From: Botryllus schlosseri
Lineage: Eukaryota
Direction: 5' to 3'
NCBI GenBank assembly: GCA_051294905.1
Contig: CM119378.1
Coordinates: 7,130,001 to 7,194,000, forward strand
DNA length: 64,000 nucleotides
Below, in pieces: positions 46,892 through 60,600 of this stretch. Below the pieces are notes generated by a model. The model was not told where the DNA came from, did not search any database, and worked only from the letters and a program-made list of their open reading frames with translations. How positions within the stretch are numbered: the first letter of the stretch is position 1; each line of letters opens with the position of its first letter. Position numbers and translations under genes: made by a program.

Positions 46892-48652
46892 GCTCAGTGG
46901 GTGCCACCCACTTGGCTATGTTCGTGCCATGTTCGTGATATATATATCATTGGTACGTGCTATGCGAAACCGGATTTATCGGTTTGCGCTGTTTTTTTTT
47001 CTGCGTTTTTATCTCGCTTTTTTTATCAATTAATATTAATTAAGTTTTGAAGGTAACGACTTTTGAATAAGATGCTCTTGGCCTGGGTTGCTCGGCTTTG
47101 ATGGGCATGTTAGATCGAGCCCAGCTTCTATCTAGTGATATATATAATGTATAATTACCATTGCTTTTATACCATGCTTATCAGTATATCACTATCGAAA
47201 GTCACTAACCACTTTCGATAATATCACACTTCGCCGAATTGTATTTTTGATATGTATGTTATTGTGGCAGTTGACAAATAACGAATCTCTTTCTATGTAT
47301 ATCATTGGTTTGGAGAGGCAATTTCAAATGCCCATGCTTCATTTGAATCGTTGCCGGATATGAGCTTGGATTTGAAGCTCGCATTTAAAAATTGTAATCC
47401 CGCCCACGTCTGGTATGCGATATGCGTACCTAGCTCTTACTGCGATTACGTCGTTTTCTCATCAGTCATTGAATTTACGAAAACAGTCAAGATTGAAGTT
47501 CAACCCAGTCTCTCCTCTCATTTTAGGAAATCGTAATTATATTGAGTTACGGTCTCGCAAGGAGCATCAAAACTAAATTAGATTCTTACCTGGCGTTCCA
47601 CAGCACAACCAAATTAAGATCGGATTAATGCGATATTTCAGTGATCGTGAACCTTGTCGACCGTATTCCCACCTAGCCGCAGTTCGCTATGTCTTGCTGA
47701 ATCCTAATAAACGCATGCTCATTAATCTGGGTAGAATAGTCAACCAACTGCTTTACAAATGGTATCATAAAGCAAGATCGCATTACCTGAATCTACTCCC
47801 ATCCGTAGCAACTAATTTTCAAAGCACTCAAATTACCGGACCACGATTTTCTGCGACATGCCACTTCATTTTTGTCGCCTGCTTTTTATATCATCTTCTT
47901 TCACTTGTCATCCAGTGCGCATTGTGCATGCCTCCTCTTTACATCGCTTAGGCGAGTCGTTCCCAACCATTTTCGTCTCATCGCCCCCCTATAAACAAGT
48001 TCTCGCCCTCCATATTTACGGATCCGAAAGAGGACATCTAAACGGGTAATTTATTCACTTAACTCCAATCGCCGGTGAATTTACTAAAAAAGGCCATTTT
48101 TCCGAGGTGGTAGGGGCTCAGAAAACCAATTTCCGCGTCTCTCTCCGTTGAGTTAACATTTTTCCGCATCACAATCAGAATAAGACGCCTTCACATGCAT
48201 TTTTGGCCATGTTAATTAGTATCCCAGTGGATGTCCTAACATTTTCGCCCCCTATTTCTCAAAATCGCCCAAATTGGGAACCACTGGCTTAGGCCAAGGT
48301 TGGCGTCTGATTTCAAAGACTACTCCAAGTCGTTTCGACACCTTCCAATTTTTTCATTGTATCGCAATTTTTGTTGTGTATTGAACTGATAAAATTGCTA
48401 ATAACCCGAACCGAAATCGAGCTATACACAAAAGTAACCAAGTCACTTTTTCACATTTTTATTACAGTAGTTGATAGCAGATTGCACTTGAAGGAAATTC
48501 GCGAGCTATCACAACCAACACAGACTAATAACAATGATCTTCAAATATAGATAAAGGAGAAAGAAATAGGCGAACACTAAGTACAGAGGACTAAAGTAAA
48601 TTGGATACGAAAACAAAATTTAGTGTCATAGACTCTTTGACAGATCGGAACA

Positions 48653-51600
48653 CTAGCATTCTGAATCTTCTGAGAACAGTTCCTTGTGATAGTCCAGAAG
48701 CAATCTCACAAACGTATTGATTGGCCCCATTGCTACCAGAGAAGCAACCTGGAAAACATCCAATGCTAGTGTAAGCGACACATATTACTGTAAATGGCAG
48801 TGTTGGGATGACTCGAGTCATGACTTGACTCGAGTCAGACTCGAGTCAACTTTTTCTTATGACTTGACTTGACTCGAGTCACTTTGGAAAAATGACTTGA
48901 CTTGACTTGACTCGAAGCTTCAAAAATGCGCATTGACTCGTGACTCGAAGCAAAATTTACGAGTCAATTTCAAGTCATCAAGTAAACGGTGTCGAATAAA
49001 TCACTGTATCTCGTGTATGTTCGGATTGTTCGGGATACGCCGGTGTCACTTGTGAGAGCAACCAGTCATTCACTGATCGTACGATACACTGATCCTCGAT
49101 TGTTTGATCACAAGTAAATAGACCGTAAACTAAACAACCACAGCTTGCGTTGTTGTAGTAGTAGTAGAAGCAATGTGTCTCTGTTTCTTAGACGGATCAA
49201 TGCTTACGTTGCGCAGTGCTCACCTTTACCAACCTTTATGTATGATTTACATCAAACAAATATAGTTTGTGCGTTTATTTACTCACGTATATGTAGATGT
49301 AGATTAGGTCCTATAATTTGGCTGATAATAACTGACTGTAGCATGTGACTGTACAGTTACTCACGTATTTTATTAACAGTTCTACGTGTGCGTGAGTGAT
49401 ACAACGTCTTTTCGCATGTACATTTAACTAGATATTCGTTATTTGATTCAAGATATATGATCATCATTGATTAATTAATCTGTCTTTCACACAGCTAGCA
49501 TCGAAAATTCAATTTGACTTGAATTGTGACTTGACTCGTGACTTGACTTGACTTGACTCGACTTGACTCGAGTCACCTCCAAAAAACGAGTGACTTGACT
49601 TGACTCGAGTCACCTTTGAAAATCGATTGACTTGACTTGACTCGAGTCAAAATCTGCAATGACTCGAGATGACTCGTGACTCGAAGGTAGTGACTTGATC
49701 CCAACACTGGTAAATGGGTGTTCGAACTAAGTTCGGTTGGCTTTGTGGAGTAACCATTACTCAAATAGGAGTTTATGATACCGAAAATAAAAAATGGAAA
49801 TAACCTTCTGCATATAATATAATGGCTTGGAATAATTGACATCTGTAACAACATGGGGGAATTGTGCTCACCGGATACAGCTTGCCTGCGACAGTTTATC
49901 AAGTATACTTACATCGGTGGACCATACGAGATTAGGACCGAACACGACAGCCAGATTGCTCGCGTCCATCAAATTATCTTTTGAATTAGCCACGATTTCC
50001 GCCAAGAACAAAATCAACGTCTTCAACGCCAAGAAATTCCTCGGCGGCAGCTTCTGCATCAGTTCAGAAATAACACGAAATCGTGTGTCCTCGTCGACGC
50101 CTGCAGCAAAAATGAATTTGCATCAACAAAAATTTTATCGAATTGTAAATTACGAAGTTAATGAATGGTGTATGATTGGGGCATATTGCCGACACATAGT
50201 GCAGAATTTGATGAGGTGCTTTCGTCCTGCCCCACTACAACTAGCTATATAACAGCTTACGGCACACAAAGGATGACAATAGAAAGAGTTGACACTAGTC
50301 AATCGACACTAGTGAAGACATAGCGCTAATTTCATCAGGAATATCTTGAATGTCACATTTTCAGCCAGTTTCATCTAGCGTTGGGACCCCGGGAAATCCC
50401 GATCCCGGGATCCTGGGATTTGAAGCAATCCCGATCCCGGGATTAGCCTCAATGAAATCCCGGGATTTGTGAACAGCATCTACCAGGGCTTACGTAGCGT
50501 CATGTGTAATTTTTTGGTAATAAAGCAGTGTCAAAAACTAGACAGGTTGTCTAAAACATTGTTTCTTAACCTTACGTCCCTGCAGCCCCCCTTTTCGAAA
50601 ATGGCCTACGTCTGGCGCCCCCGCCCATATTTTAAGGATATTTCGCCAACAAATTACGAAACCGTCTAAGCGATGATACTCTTTATCAGGGGTTCCTAAC
50701 CAATTTGAATGTCGGAGCCGCATTTCAAACTTCATAGTATACGCAGGGAGCCCCATTAAAACACCCGATTAGACTATATGCTGATTCTAAAGGTATCTGA
50801 TAACCTACCTCTAAATCTCAGCATCTAGCAAACTCAAAAGCATGCACAGCACATGCACATAGACTTCTACAAATTGTATATCTGTTATTCTAGCATTGGT
50901 AGACGCAGATTGGCAAGTGCTATACATTGATATAAATTGAAAATGCATATCATTACTCAACATACTATTTTGTTGTCACGTGATAACTCTTCATACATTC
51001 CAGCACATGATACACAAGTTTGCAGAGGATTATTCTATGAAAAATATTGGACTTATCGCAATTTATACTTGACTATGAGCCGTTATTTTAATGTTAGTGA
51101 AATTGTGTCGTAATTTTCTCTTCAAAAACACGATATATAAAGGTCTACGAGCAGCAGAACTCAAGATATGTCGTTGTCTGACGGGTATTCCCCCGTGCGT
51201 TTGACGCTAGTCCGCGAGAATTCTGTTTCTCTGTTTTCAGAAGCGGCCTTGGACGGCTTTAGAGATATCTCGTATTCCTCATTTCAGCATTCATATACAA
51301 CAATTGCCTATAACTATATATAGAAACAAACAACAACTGTCGTCCATTATATTTTGTGGCACATTTAGAGGTCACTCCGAGCCGCAAGAAGGCTACCTTG
51401 GAGCCGCGGTTGGGAATCAATATTATAAGGAATAGATATTGTTAATGTAGCTTGCATTATGCGTATTTTACAATTTTGCTAATCCCGGGAAATCCCGGGA
51501 TTGAGAAGCGAAAATCCCGGGAAATCCCGATCCCGGGATTTCAAATTCGATCCCGAAGTCCCAACCCTAGTTTCAACTGTTTGTTGAAAAAAATTAGTAA

Positions 51601-54600
51601 TATCAGAGTAAGATATTTAATATATCGTTTGAAAGCGGAAGCTCTCTAAATACCCAATCCAGGTAGGAATTAGGAATTTTAACGAAACTTCTACAATTTA
51701 ATCAGACCCGCCACAATGCAATTGCAACACCACATAGATATTAGATAAATTTACGAAATAGATGAAAAATGAGAAAACAAATTTAAAGCCATAACTATAA
51801 GAAATGCCGCATCACACAGTTGAAAAGGAATTCCAGAGTGGTCTAAAACAAATATCTACAATTCAGCATTGTCAACTGCCTATGAAGCTCACAGTTTTGG
51901 TAGCAGTCAGCAGTGTCTAGCAAAGAAAAAGTCACACGGGTTCAAATGTTCCAATTGCTGCGATGATATCACTTGAGAATGATCGAGCCTCTTGCCAGTT
52001 TTTGAGAAACTGGAAGGATTATGCTTCACAAGGACAATTTAGAATGAAACGGGGTATATAGTAGGTCCAAGTCACATGATACATGGACTGGAGTCATCAA
52101 TGTCATCAACATTTGTTTTCTCTGTGACAAAGTCATGTTGTGTAGCACATGGCGTGAAACCTAGTATGTCGTTCGCAATCGCCTCATAACAAAATTGGCA
52201 TCATAAGTGACATTCAAATCCCGTCGAAACCTCACCAAGTAGTATAGTGATCACAAAACTTACGCGATATATTAAGGATGTACTCGTACAACGCAAATGT
52301 GAGCAGCGGTTCCGGCAACTGACGAAGAAACGCTTTCAAGGTAACGGCAGCAAGGTGAGGTTCGTCAAACACAACCTGTCACAGGACACGAGCTAATAAG
52401 TGGCATTATTGGTATCACTAATCCTATTTGCAGATGGTAGTCCAAAATGGTTTCACAGAAAATTACTTATTTGATGAATTTATGCATGCTGCAGGAGAAT
52501 GATACTATAATACTATTAAAGCCCATTATGATGACAGAAAGATTTCCTTATATAGGATAAGCCAAGCCAGAAAGTACCGGATTTCCCAAGTTGTAACTCT
52601 TTTGAACTTCTCTCAATGCTGTAGCGGCGGCCGATCTCCTGAAAATTCCCTGCGTCGTGAGGCCTTAACAAAAAGCGCATTCAGTTAAAGCGGCGAATCG
52701 GTATGGATAATGTAGAGCTTACCGTTTTCGCGAATATAACTTATCGTTTCTTGCATTACTTTCGGGACTTTGTAACCAGGATTATTGTCTTCCAAACTGT
52801 AAAGTAAAACTTCCTTCAATATACCAGAACTCTAATTACTTTTACATCACTTTCATTGGTTGCGATGAATGATAATTACGGGTGCGGACCTGTGCACAGT
52901 GTGCGGTGCATTTCTATGAGTAATAGACTAACATGCGATATATCCTAAATTTATTATTAGTGTATCGACATATCTAGGGTTTAGCTCAGGGACGTCAAAC
53001 ATACGGCCCGCCGGCCGCATCAGGCCCGCCAGACGGTTTCATCCGGCCCGCGAAGCAAATCTGAGCAAGTTGACAAATGCCTGCACATTTCTGACAAAAG
53101 GCGAGTTTTTAGTAAGAAATAGCAAATGTACAACCTGTGCACAAGAAACATTATACCCATCCGAAAGCAGTGTTGCAATTTCACTCCAGTCTAGTCAGTA
53201 TTAGGAACAAGTGTTTGAAATTAAAACCAAATTCAGAGAAATCAAAAAGTTCACACTGAGTCAAGAGTTTTATAGAGAAATTAGATAGTTAAAAGTAGTC
53301 ATTCACGGAAGCGAGAGCACCAATGCAAAACCGTTATATGCAGACCACTGTTTTAGCGGTTTATTCAACTTTATTCAACCGGCCAATTATCGTATTTGTT
53401 GGCGAATAAAGGTTTGATAATAAAGTATTTTAGTGTAAAACAAGGGTATGAATTAAAGGTGACATTTTGGAATCATCTGACTGGTCCGGCCCACGACCGA
53501 TCAGAAGGTTGGAATCCGGCCTGCGATCCAAGTTGAGTTTGACACCCCTGGTTTAGCTAGTTCTTGAAAAATACTGCACCATGGGGTCGTTATCGAGTGT
53601 GAAGGGGGGCGCTCAATGTTGATCCTGCCATCAATGAGCTGATACAGTAGCCGGCCAAATCCCTAGAAAGCGTGGTTCGTTTAGTGTTGGGAGAACTACA
53701 AAGTGTTTGAACACTTATTGCTGCAATGCGAGGTGCGATGGCCTTTCTAAAGGGAAGTGCCTCGCGTGATTTTACTCTCTGATTCAAACGATCGTGGATT
53801 TTTCACAGTGCTGCGACGCTGGCCTTGGACATGGCGTTACAGTTGCGAGGAATGATATCGCTTCTACTGGACGGATATATTCTATAAATTTTACGAGTTG
53901 AATTTAACCGTTCTTGGTAATCATGAAACAAGGTGAAAATGGTACTGTCCCGATTTAGTGATAAGACCGTGCGTGATGTGTCACCGAAATGTAGCGAGAC
54001 ATGAACCGCCCGAGCTCGATACCGGTCCAGCTCGCATACCTGATTGATGTAGAACCGCACAGCAATCATCTCGAAAACAGTAAAAAATATAGTCCCAGTT
54101 AGAAATTCCTTACTGGATAATAATCAATCCATTGTGTGAAGTTTCCCGGCATGAAATAATTGCGAAGCTGATTACATTGTAAAACAATGTTGAGTTCAAA
54201 CCATAGTTTAATATCTCCTATCAATCGTTCTGAATCAATCAAATAGAAATACCCTCACTGGAATTGGTTTGAATTTTATCATTGAGGCGTGGTGAGGGGG
54301 AAGGAAGACTGATCCTGACAATTAAATGGTCAATTTTGAAATTCGCTATCTGTACCAATACAATCCCACGTCATCATACGATGTGGGACTGCTTCTGCAT
54401 TCTTGTTCATAGTTTTGTTTATAGCTGTTAGCTCTCCTCAGGTGTGGAATTTCGACAACCAGCGGCAATAGATCTCGATTAGTGAATGGTTATACTACAG
54501 GATCTACTGGCCACATTTAGTCGACTCACAATTTCAAAGAAACACCGAACTGCTGAGTAGGAATATCACCGACTGGAACTGAGCTTTCTGATGCGTCACG

Positions 54601-57600
54601 ACTTTTTTGCTGAGATGAAGATTTGCTCGTAAGTTCCATGTCATGCCTGTGAAAATCGTTTCATATCTATCACGGTCAATATAACAGTGGCGTATCATAT
54701 CTAGTCAATTTGTTAATTCCTGATAACAAAAAACAAACAAGGAAACCGGGATAACGTGAATGAAAGATTGAAAACTTCGGCGCATGCTGCCATTACATTT
54801 TGTAGGATGCATGCATATCGATAATTTTTTTTTTCAAAACTTATCCATGGCAAGTAATTGATTCACAAAGGTTAGCAGACGATGAGAAAGGTCATTCAAT
54901 CTGATTTACAAAAAATAATCACTTGTACGAGAAACCAGTGTGACCAATTAGTGGATGAGATGGTTTTTGCAGCCATGGCATAAATGTGTGTTTTAACAAA
55001 AGCACTGTAATAATGACACAATAGTAGACAAAGAAACGAAATTACCATCAATTAAAACTCAGGCAGGAGTTAATAACACAACGGACGCTCACTTTGTAAC
55101 TTCTGGAGGAATCACCAGTTGCGACACTTGGATGAAATCCTTCAAATCGGAGAGATAATTAACGTAGCGAACTTTTCGTCCAAACTTCAAACTCAGAAGT
55201 GGCTTCAAAATTCCCATGGCGATCCGAATGAAATTTGTTGGATGAACGATATAAAACGCCTTTATGTTCTTTTTGTACCTGCACAAAAATCAAACATGTC
55301 TATCACGTGTGATGATACGGTGTAAAAATTCTATGCAATAACAATTTTTTTCAGCATAGCTGCTTGGAAATCATGCTGTTATGTAACAAAAAAATGCAAC
55401 ATCAACAAAATTCGCTTACTTCCTGTCAAATTCTTTATACGCATCTCTGACAAAGGACATTGAAGGTTTGTTTTTGCTATTCAATCCATGATGGAGATAA
55501 ACCAAGCTGTAATCGGATTCGACAACTTTGTCCAGTGTGTACTTGAGATACCTGCCAAGGATCAAGACACAATTCGAAAACTTTTTACAGTTAGCAGAAA
55601 TAATTTTATTTCCCAACAGATTATAATATAAAAATCTCCAACTACAACTGGAATGATTCAAGGGATGTTGCATTACCGTACCAAGTTTCCACACCTAATC
55701 GAAGTCAGAGCTGAATTATTAACACTTCAAACCTTAGCATAGTAGTCGAATCATTTGCACTAATACTCTTAAAAATTCATCAGTACGATATTGCCTTTCC
55801 TCTACAATTTATAGTTGCTATCACCTGAGTAACATGTATCAAATTCAGGAATTCTCAACACCTTTACCTTTATTGCAGGTTTATTAGGAGATAAGCCAGG
55901 CTGTTGTGATACAGGGACCCAGTTCATTATACAGATTGTTAAACTCAAAGTAGTCATCATTGTTACTCATGTAGGTGTAAGTAACATAACGTCGCTGGAA
56001 AACCAAACAGTCTACGTCTATTTTTGGAAATTTTGACTTTGACCATATAATTTGGACAGAAACCAGTTTTGTTTTCAATTTACCTAAAAAATTCAAGTTC
56101 ATATGTTCACTTCACTAGACATCCATGCTACTTTGGAATTTGGAACCCCGTTAAAACGAAAGATCTATGTCCAAATAGCGATAGAAGAAAAAAACTCAAA
56201 AATACAAAAAGTGGACACAAGACAGTTTGGTTTTCCAGCGGCGATAAATTTCAACGCAATTACAAGAAGAAGTAGCATTTTCCAAGACAGTAAAAAACAA
56301 GTATTTTAGAACTGGTTGTGTCAAGTAGAACTGGAAATGCTCTAAAATTGCCCACTTCATGTAGTGCAAGCAGGAAAAAGCAGCTCGAGCACTACAAAAA
56401 AGTAGAAGCGCATCATTTCTGACTACCTCTGGTATATGAAAAGGCGCCAGAGTCCTAAAGCTAGCAAAATTTCAATCCGCATCAGATTTTACAGTCATAT
56501 TATCCAGCACGAGACTTACCTCAAAAACTTTCCCTGATCCAAAACATGGTTCGACGGTAGCTTACACGCACTCACTACGATCACCGGCCTTCCCTGGAGA
56601 TCCGAACCCGATACCTACACAGAAACACATTCGAAAGGCCGACACCAAATCGGCAAAGAGAACTTCTCACCTCAATGATGCCGTATTGAGCAACATCTTC
56701 AAATTCAGCGCTGGCGTCTGACCACGCAGTTCTTGGCCTGTCTCCCGTAACGTACGAGGTCGATCCGCTGCTAGCAAACTCTGAAACAACCAGATACGGT
56801 TAGTAAGTAGTTTCGGAACAAGTTTGCATCACATTTCACATGTGCGAGTGAAACTGTCAGAAAAGCCGTGCGACATAGCCCATGTATCACGGTAACTAAA
56901 TATACATTCTGTTCGTCACAAAGACAGATCTTTCAATTTCAAAGGCAGCCACCTCCGGTTTACTGCTAAAAGTACACAACCCCTCGATAAACTACTACTT
57001 TTTTGAAACTATATACTTGAGCACTTTTTAGACCGTTCATTTTCTACTTCTACTTGAATGAGTTTTGACACGTCTTGGAAATGGCTAAATCAACCTGCAA
57101 TTGTGTATAGGTTTACTCCTATGTCTGCTTGAGTAGCAAGACTGACTACTTTGATCACCACTGCAAAAACAACATTAATTCACAATTCCACAAGACCAAA
57201 GCAACTAGGAATACAGTACACGATGTGACACCGTTCAGATCTAACTAAGACAAAGACTGCAACCTGCGATATCAATATTGAAATATTCCCCGTCCCGCTC
57301 CATTCTGCGACGCTGCTGCAGCCTCGAGATTCGGTATCAAAATGAGACTTTAGAACAATAAGCAAATTCTAATACAGCGCCTCGTGTCACTTCCAGGAAG
57401 TGATTCAAGCCCCGCAACTCGCCGAGTCGCCTTCTAATCATATGACTTTGAACATACATCTCCAAATCCGGCTACGTTATCCGTAACATCGAAAAAAACC
57501 ACGCCACCAACCTATTTGCGATGAAGCAGGGTCGACTTTGGCTGTGTATTTTTCACAGCACAGCCCCATGTTAAGCAGTCAAACTAACATGCTCGAGGAG

Positions 57601-60600
57601 CAAATTTTCATTTTCGTTCAAAATCGCATTTCAGCTACATAGTTACATAATACTTGCAGCACTGCCAAAAACAGTATGACGTACTGTTAAAACGTTTGAG
57701 TAAATGGGAAAGACTGTATTTCAATCAGGCACATTGTGATCAATCACGCCGGCCTAAAATCCAGGTCCAGCCTCTAGTAATATTTAAAATATGGGAGGAA
57801 AAAAACAAAAATCACGAATCGGCGAGGTAACCTTGCTACGTCATACAAGAAATGACGTAATTCGTAAATCTTATTTCTGGAGGAGTAAAATTACCCTGGC
57901 TACGCCCATTCTCCACTAATAAAAGCTTCACTTTCATATATACTAAGACAACAAATATGAACTTTCATTTAAATACAATCAGTTCAGCGAGTTCACAAGA
58001 GCAGAACGAACCGTATAATTGAAGATATAATGTAAAGTGTAGATGACACTGACGTTGACGAATGCCTTATATCTAGCGCGCTCTTTCGCAACAAACACTC
58101 ACAGGCAGATAAAACCCGCCAGTCTGTCGTCATTTGACAGCCGCGCGCGATGCCACTGCAAGCCGTACATAATTCACGAGAACAACGCTGGTAGACCAGA
58201 TCGTCGCGTAGCGACCCGACGTAAACATCCTAGTGTAATACTACGCATATTTTGATAGATGACATATAATCGCCAAGACGCGCTATACGCCGACAAATAT
58301 TGAAATTAATATCGTTTCCTGCGAAGTGAACGCTTCGCAAAACCAACCGAAAACGGTCCGCCGTAAAACGATACAGGATACATCCGCCGCTGTCGGACGG
58401 GCGATACGCGAACCGCGCTAACCTTTTTCGCTTCATTGTCTCGGAAAAGAGGATACGGTGTATAAATTTACGGATATGAGAAGCAGCTCCTATTCGGCGT
58501 GACATATTTCGGGAGAATAGAACAATTTAAATCTCATGATGCGTGAGAATTAAAATCAGCGGAACCCGAGGAGCACGCAAAAATTGGAAATACTAGATAT
58601 ACTTATCCGGAGTCAAACGAACCAATCATGACCATAAATCAGCGCTACTAGTACTTTTATTCGCTCAAGACACGCACAATATGCAATCTACCATATTCTA
58701 GAAGTTCAGTATACATATTAATAGAAATATTCATATTGAAATAAACCCCTATATTTTCGGCTGACACCGACACAGATTTCGCGTCGAGGGGACACGCCGT
58801 TCACTCATTCATTTGTGTGCCTTGGAGTCGACTTTTATCAAGATACGCCAACATAGTTTGTGCCAAATTGTGAAATTCGCGTATCATCTAAAATTAGTAC
58901 ATCGAGCTTAGCGATATCTTCGCCTTTATTACCGCATTCGAAATTTCATGGCGGTGATATCAATATTTGGTGATACGATTGTTGAAATGTAGATATACAT
59001 TACAATGTCCTTTCCAATTCTCTACTAGTTGCTAATGAGTGTCAGCCGAAAATATTCGGGTTTATTTTAATATGAAGATATTAGTTAGATGATAGCTGTA
59101 AATCTAGCATCAATCTAACATCCGCATTTGCAAACTCGCATTGTTAAAAGCGATATCAACTTGCAATACAGCACATATGACAAGCCCGTCTTACAAAAGT
59201 AAGGGTGCGCTGTTTTGCGGAGTAACCCGATTCGAATTTTCGAACGAGAATACATTCGTTTGCAAGAGTGGACTAGTTGAAGAGTCGATAAATATTCTTT
59301 GTTGTTCATTCGCATTCCAGAGCCCGACTGAATGTCGCGTTTTAAACTATGCCGAATAAATCCTATTACATCGCCGAGGATGTCTGGCGGCCGTAATATA
59401 CATCGACATAAATCAATCGTGGATTTCACTCGAGGCAAGTACGTGCTCGTGGCTTGTAGGCTTCGTCGCCAATTTCGGCTTCGCGGCGTTTCATCAATTT
59501 CACAAACTGCGTCTCATGTCGATGGCGACGGACTACATTACATTATACCGACCGATATAGCACAAAGAAACGCGTCGCGCTGTCATTTCACTGTATGGTG
59601 TTTCAAATTTGCGATTTTACGATATTTTTAACTGATCGCGATTTTAAGAATGAATCAACAATGAAGCGAGCGTCGACGCGTGAGCGCGAACAAAGCAGGT
59701 CACGGCCGGCGGCCGCGCATGAATTTTTGGCAAGCTCATTAATGACGTCACAACGAAACCATAATGTATGAATCTGTTATGTAGGATCTTAGCACCACGC
59801 TAACTTACATAAGTGCGGTATCTGCCGTTATAACTGGATTTAACGATGAAAAGCTGTTGTCGATTTTGGCCTTGTTGCCATGAGTTGAAGGTGTTCAAAC
59901 CAGATGTGGCTAATGTAATCATTGATGGTACTCAACTAGAGTAAAAACAACTACGTAACTTTCTACTCAAGTACAAACAGGAGTAGAGATTTTCAACTAT
60001 GTAAAAGTATGTATTCTAGGCCTAGTTTTGCCTAAAAACATAAAAACTGTGCAGTAGAAAATCATAACGACTTGAGGAAGTATGCCCAATTGCCCAACCT
60101 ACTGTAGTAGTTTGAAAAGTAGAAGTACTTCCTATTCCAACCCACCTAAAATATCTGACTGAAAGTGGCCGCTGCGCTGACATACTCATAAAAATGTCTT
60201 TTAAATGAATTATTGGAAGATCGATTATTTGAAGGAAGGCAGTGTGTAATGATGAGCCGACAAGCAAAATTATGTCAGGTGACTCGGGAATTGCCATCCA
60301 ACCTTTTATCATATTATACTTCTTCTCTAAAACGACTCAAGGGACTATGGAGGTTCAGGGTTCACCAATGATGGCAGTTCTCAAACTTCACAAGCGTACT
60401 GTCCTTGCTTGGAGTCTTGGACAGTGGATATGGGCATTGGACAACCTTGACCAATTGCACCTAAAATTAGTAATTGATTTTGTTGTCACAACTATTATTT
60501 CAATGGACAGTTCAATAACTAGGCTGACGAAATACAATCTTAAACTGTAATTTTGAAACAGTGTCATATGCAACATAATATGTGATGCAGTTGATGAAGT

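Noticed and set aside
48798-49709. GACTCGAGTC/GACTT arrays as CRISPR or satellite
   Set aside because: No unique spacers; bounded by TIRs and an 8-bp TSD, so these are hAT subterminal repeats in a eukaryotic intron.
49868-49912. Read-through C-terminus [14 protein letters not shown] for ARHGAP
   Set aside because: GTAAGT donor at 49912 and a phase-0 exon at 48653-48748 ([25 protein letters not shown]) match the family C-terminus far better.
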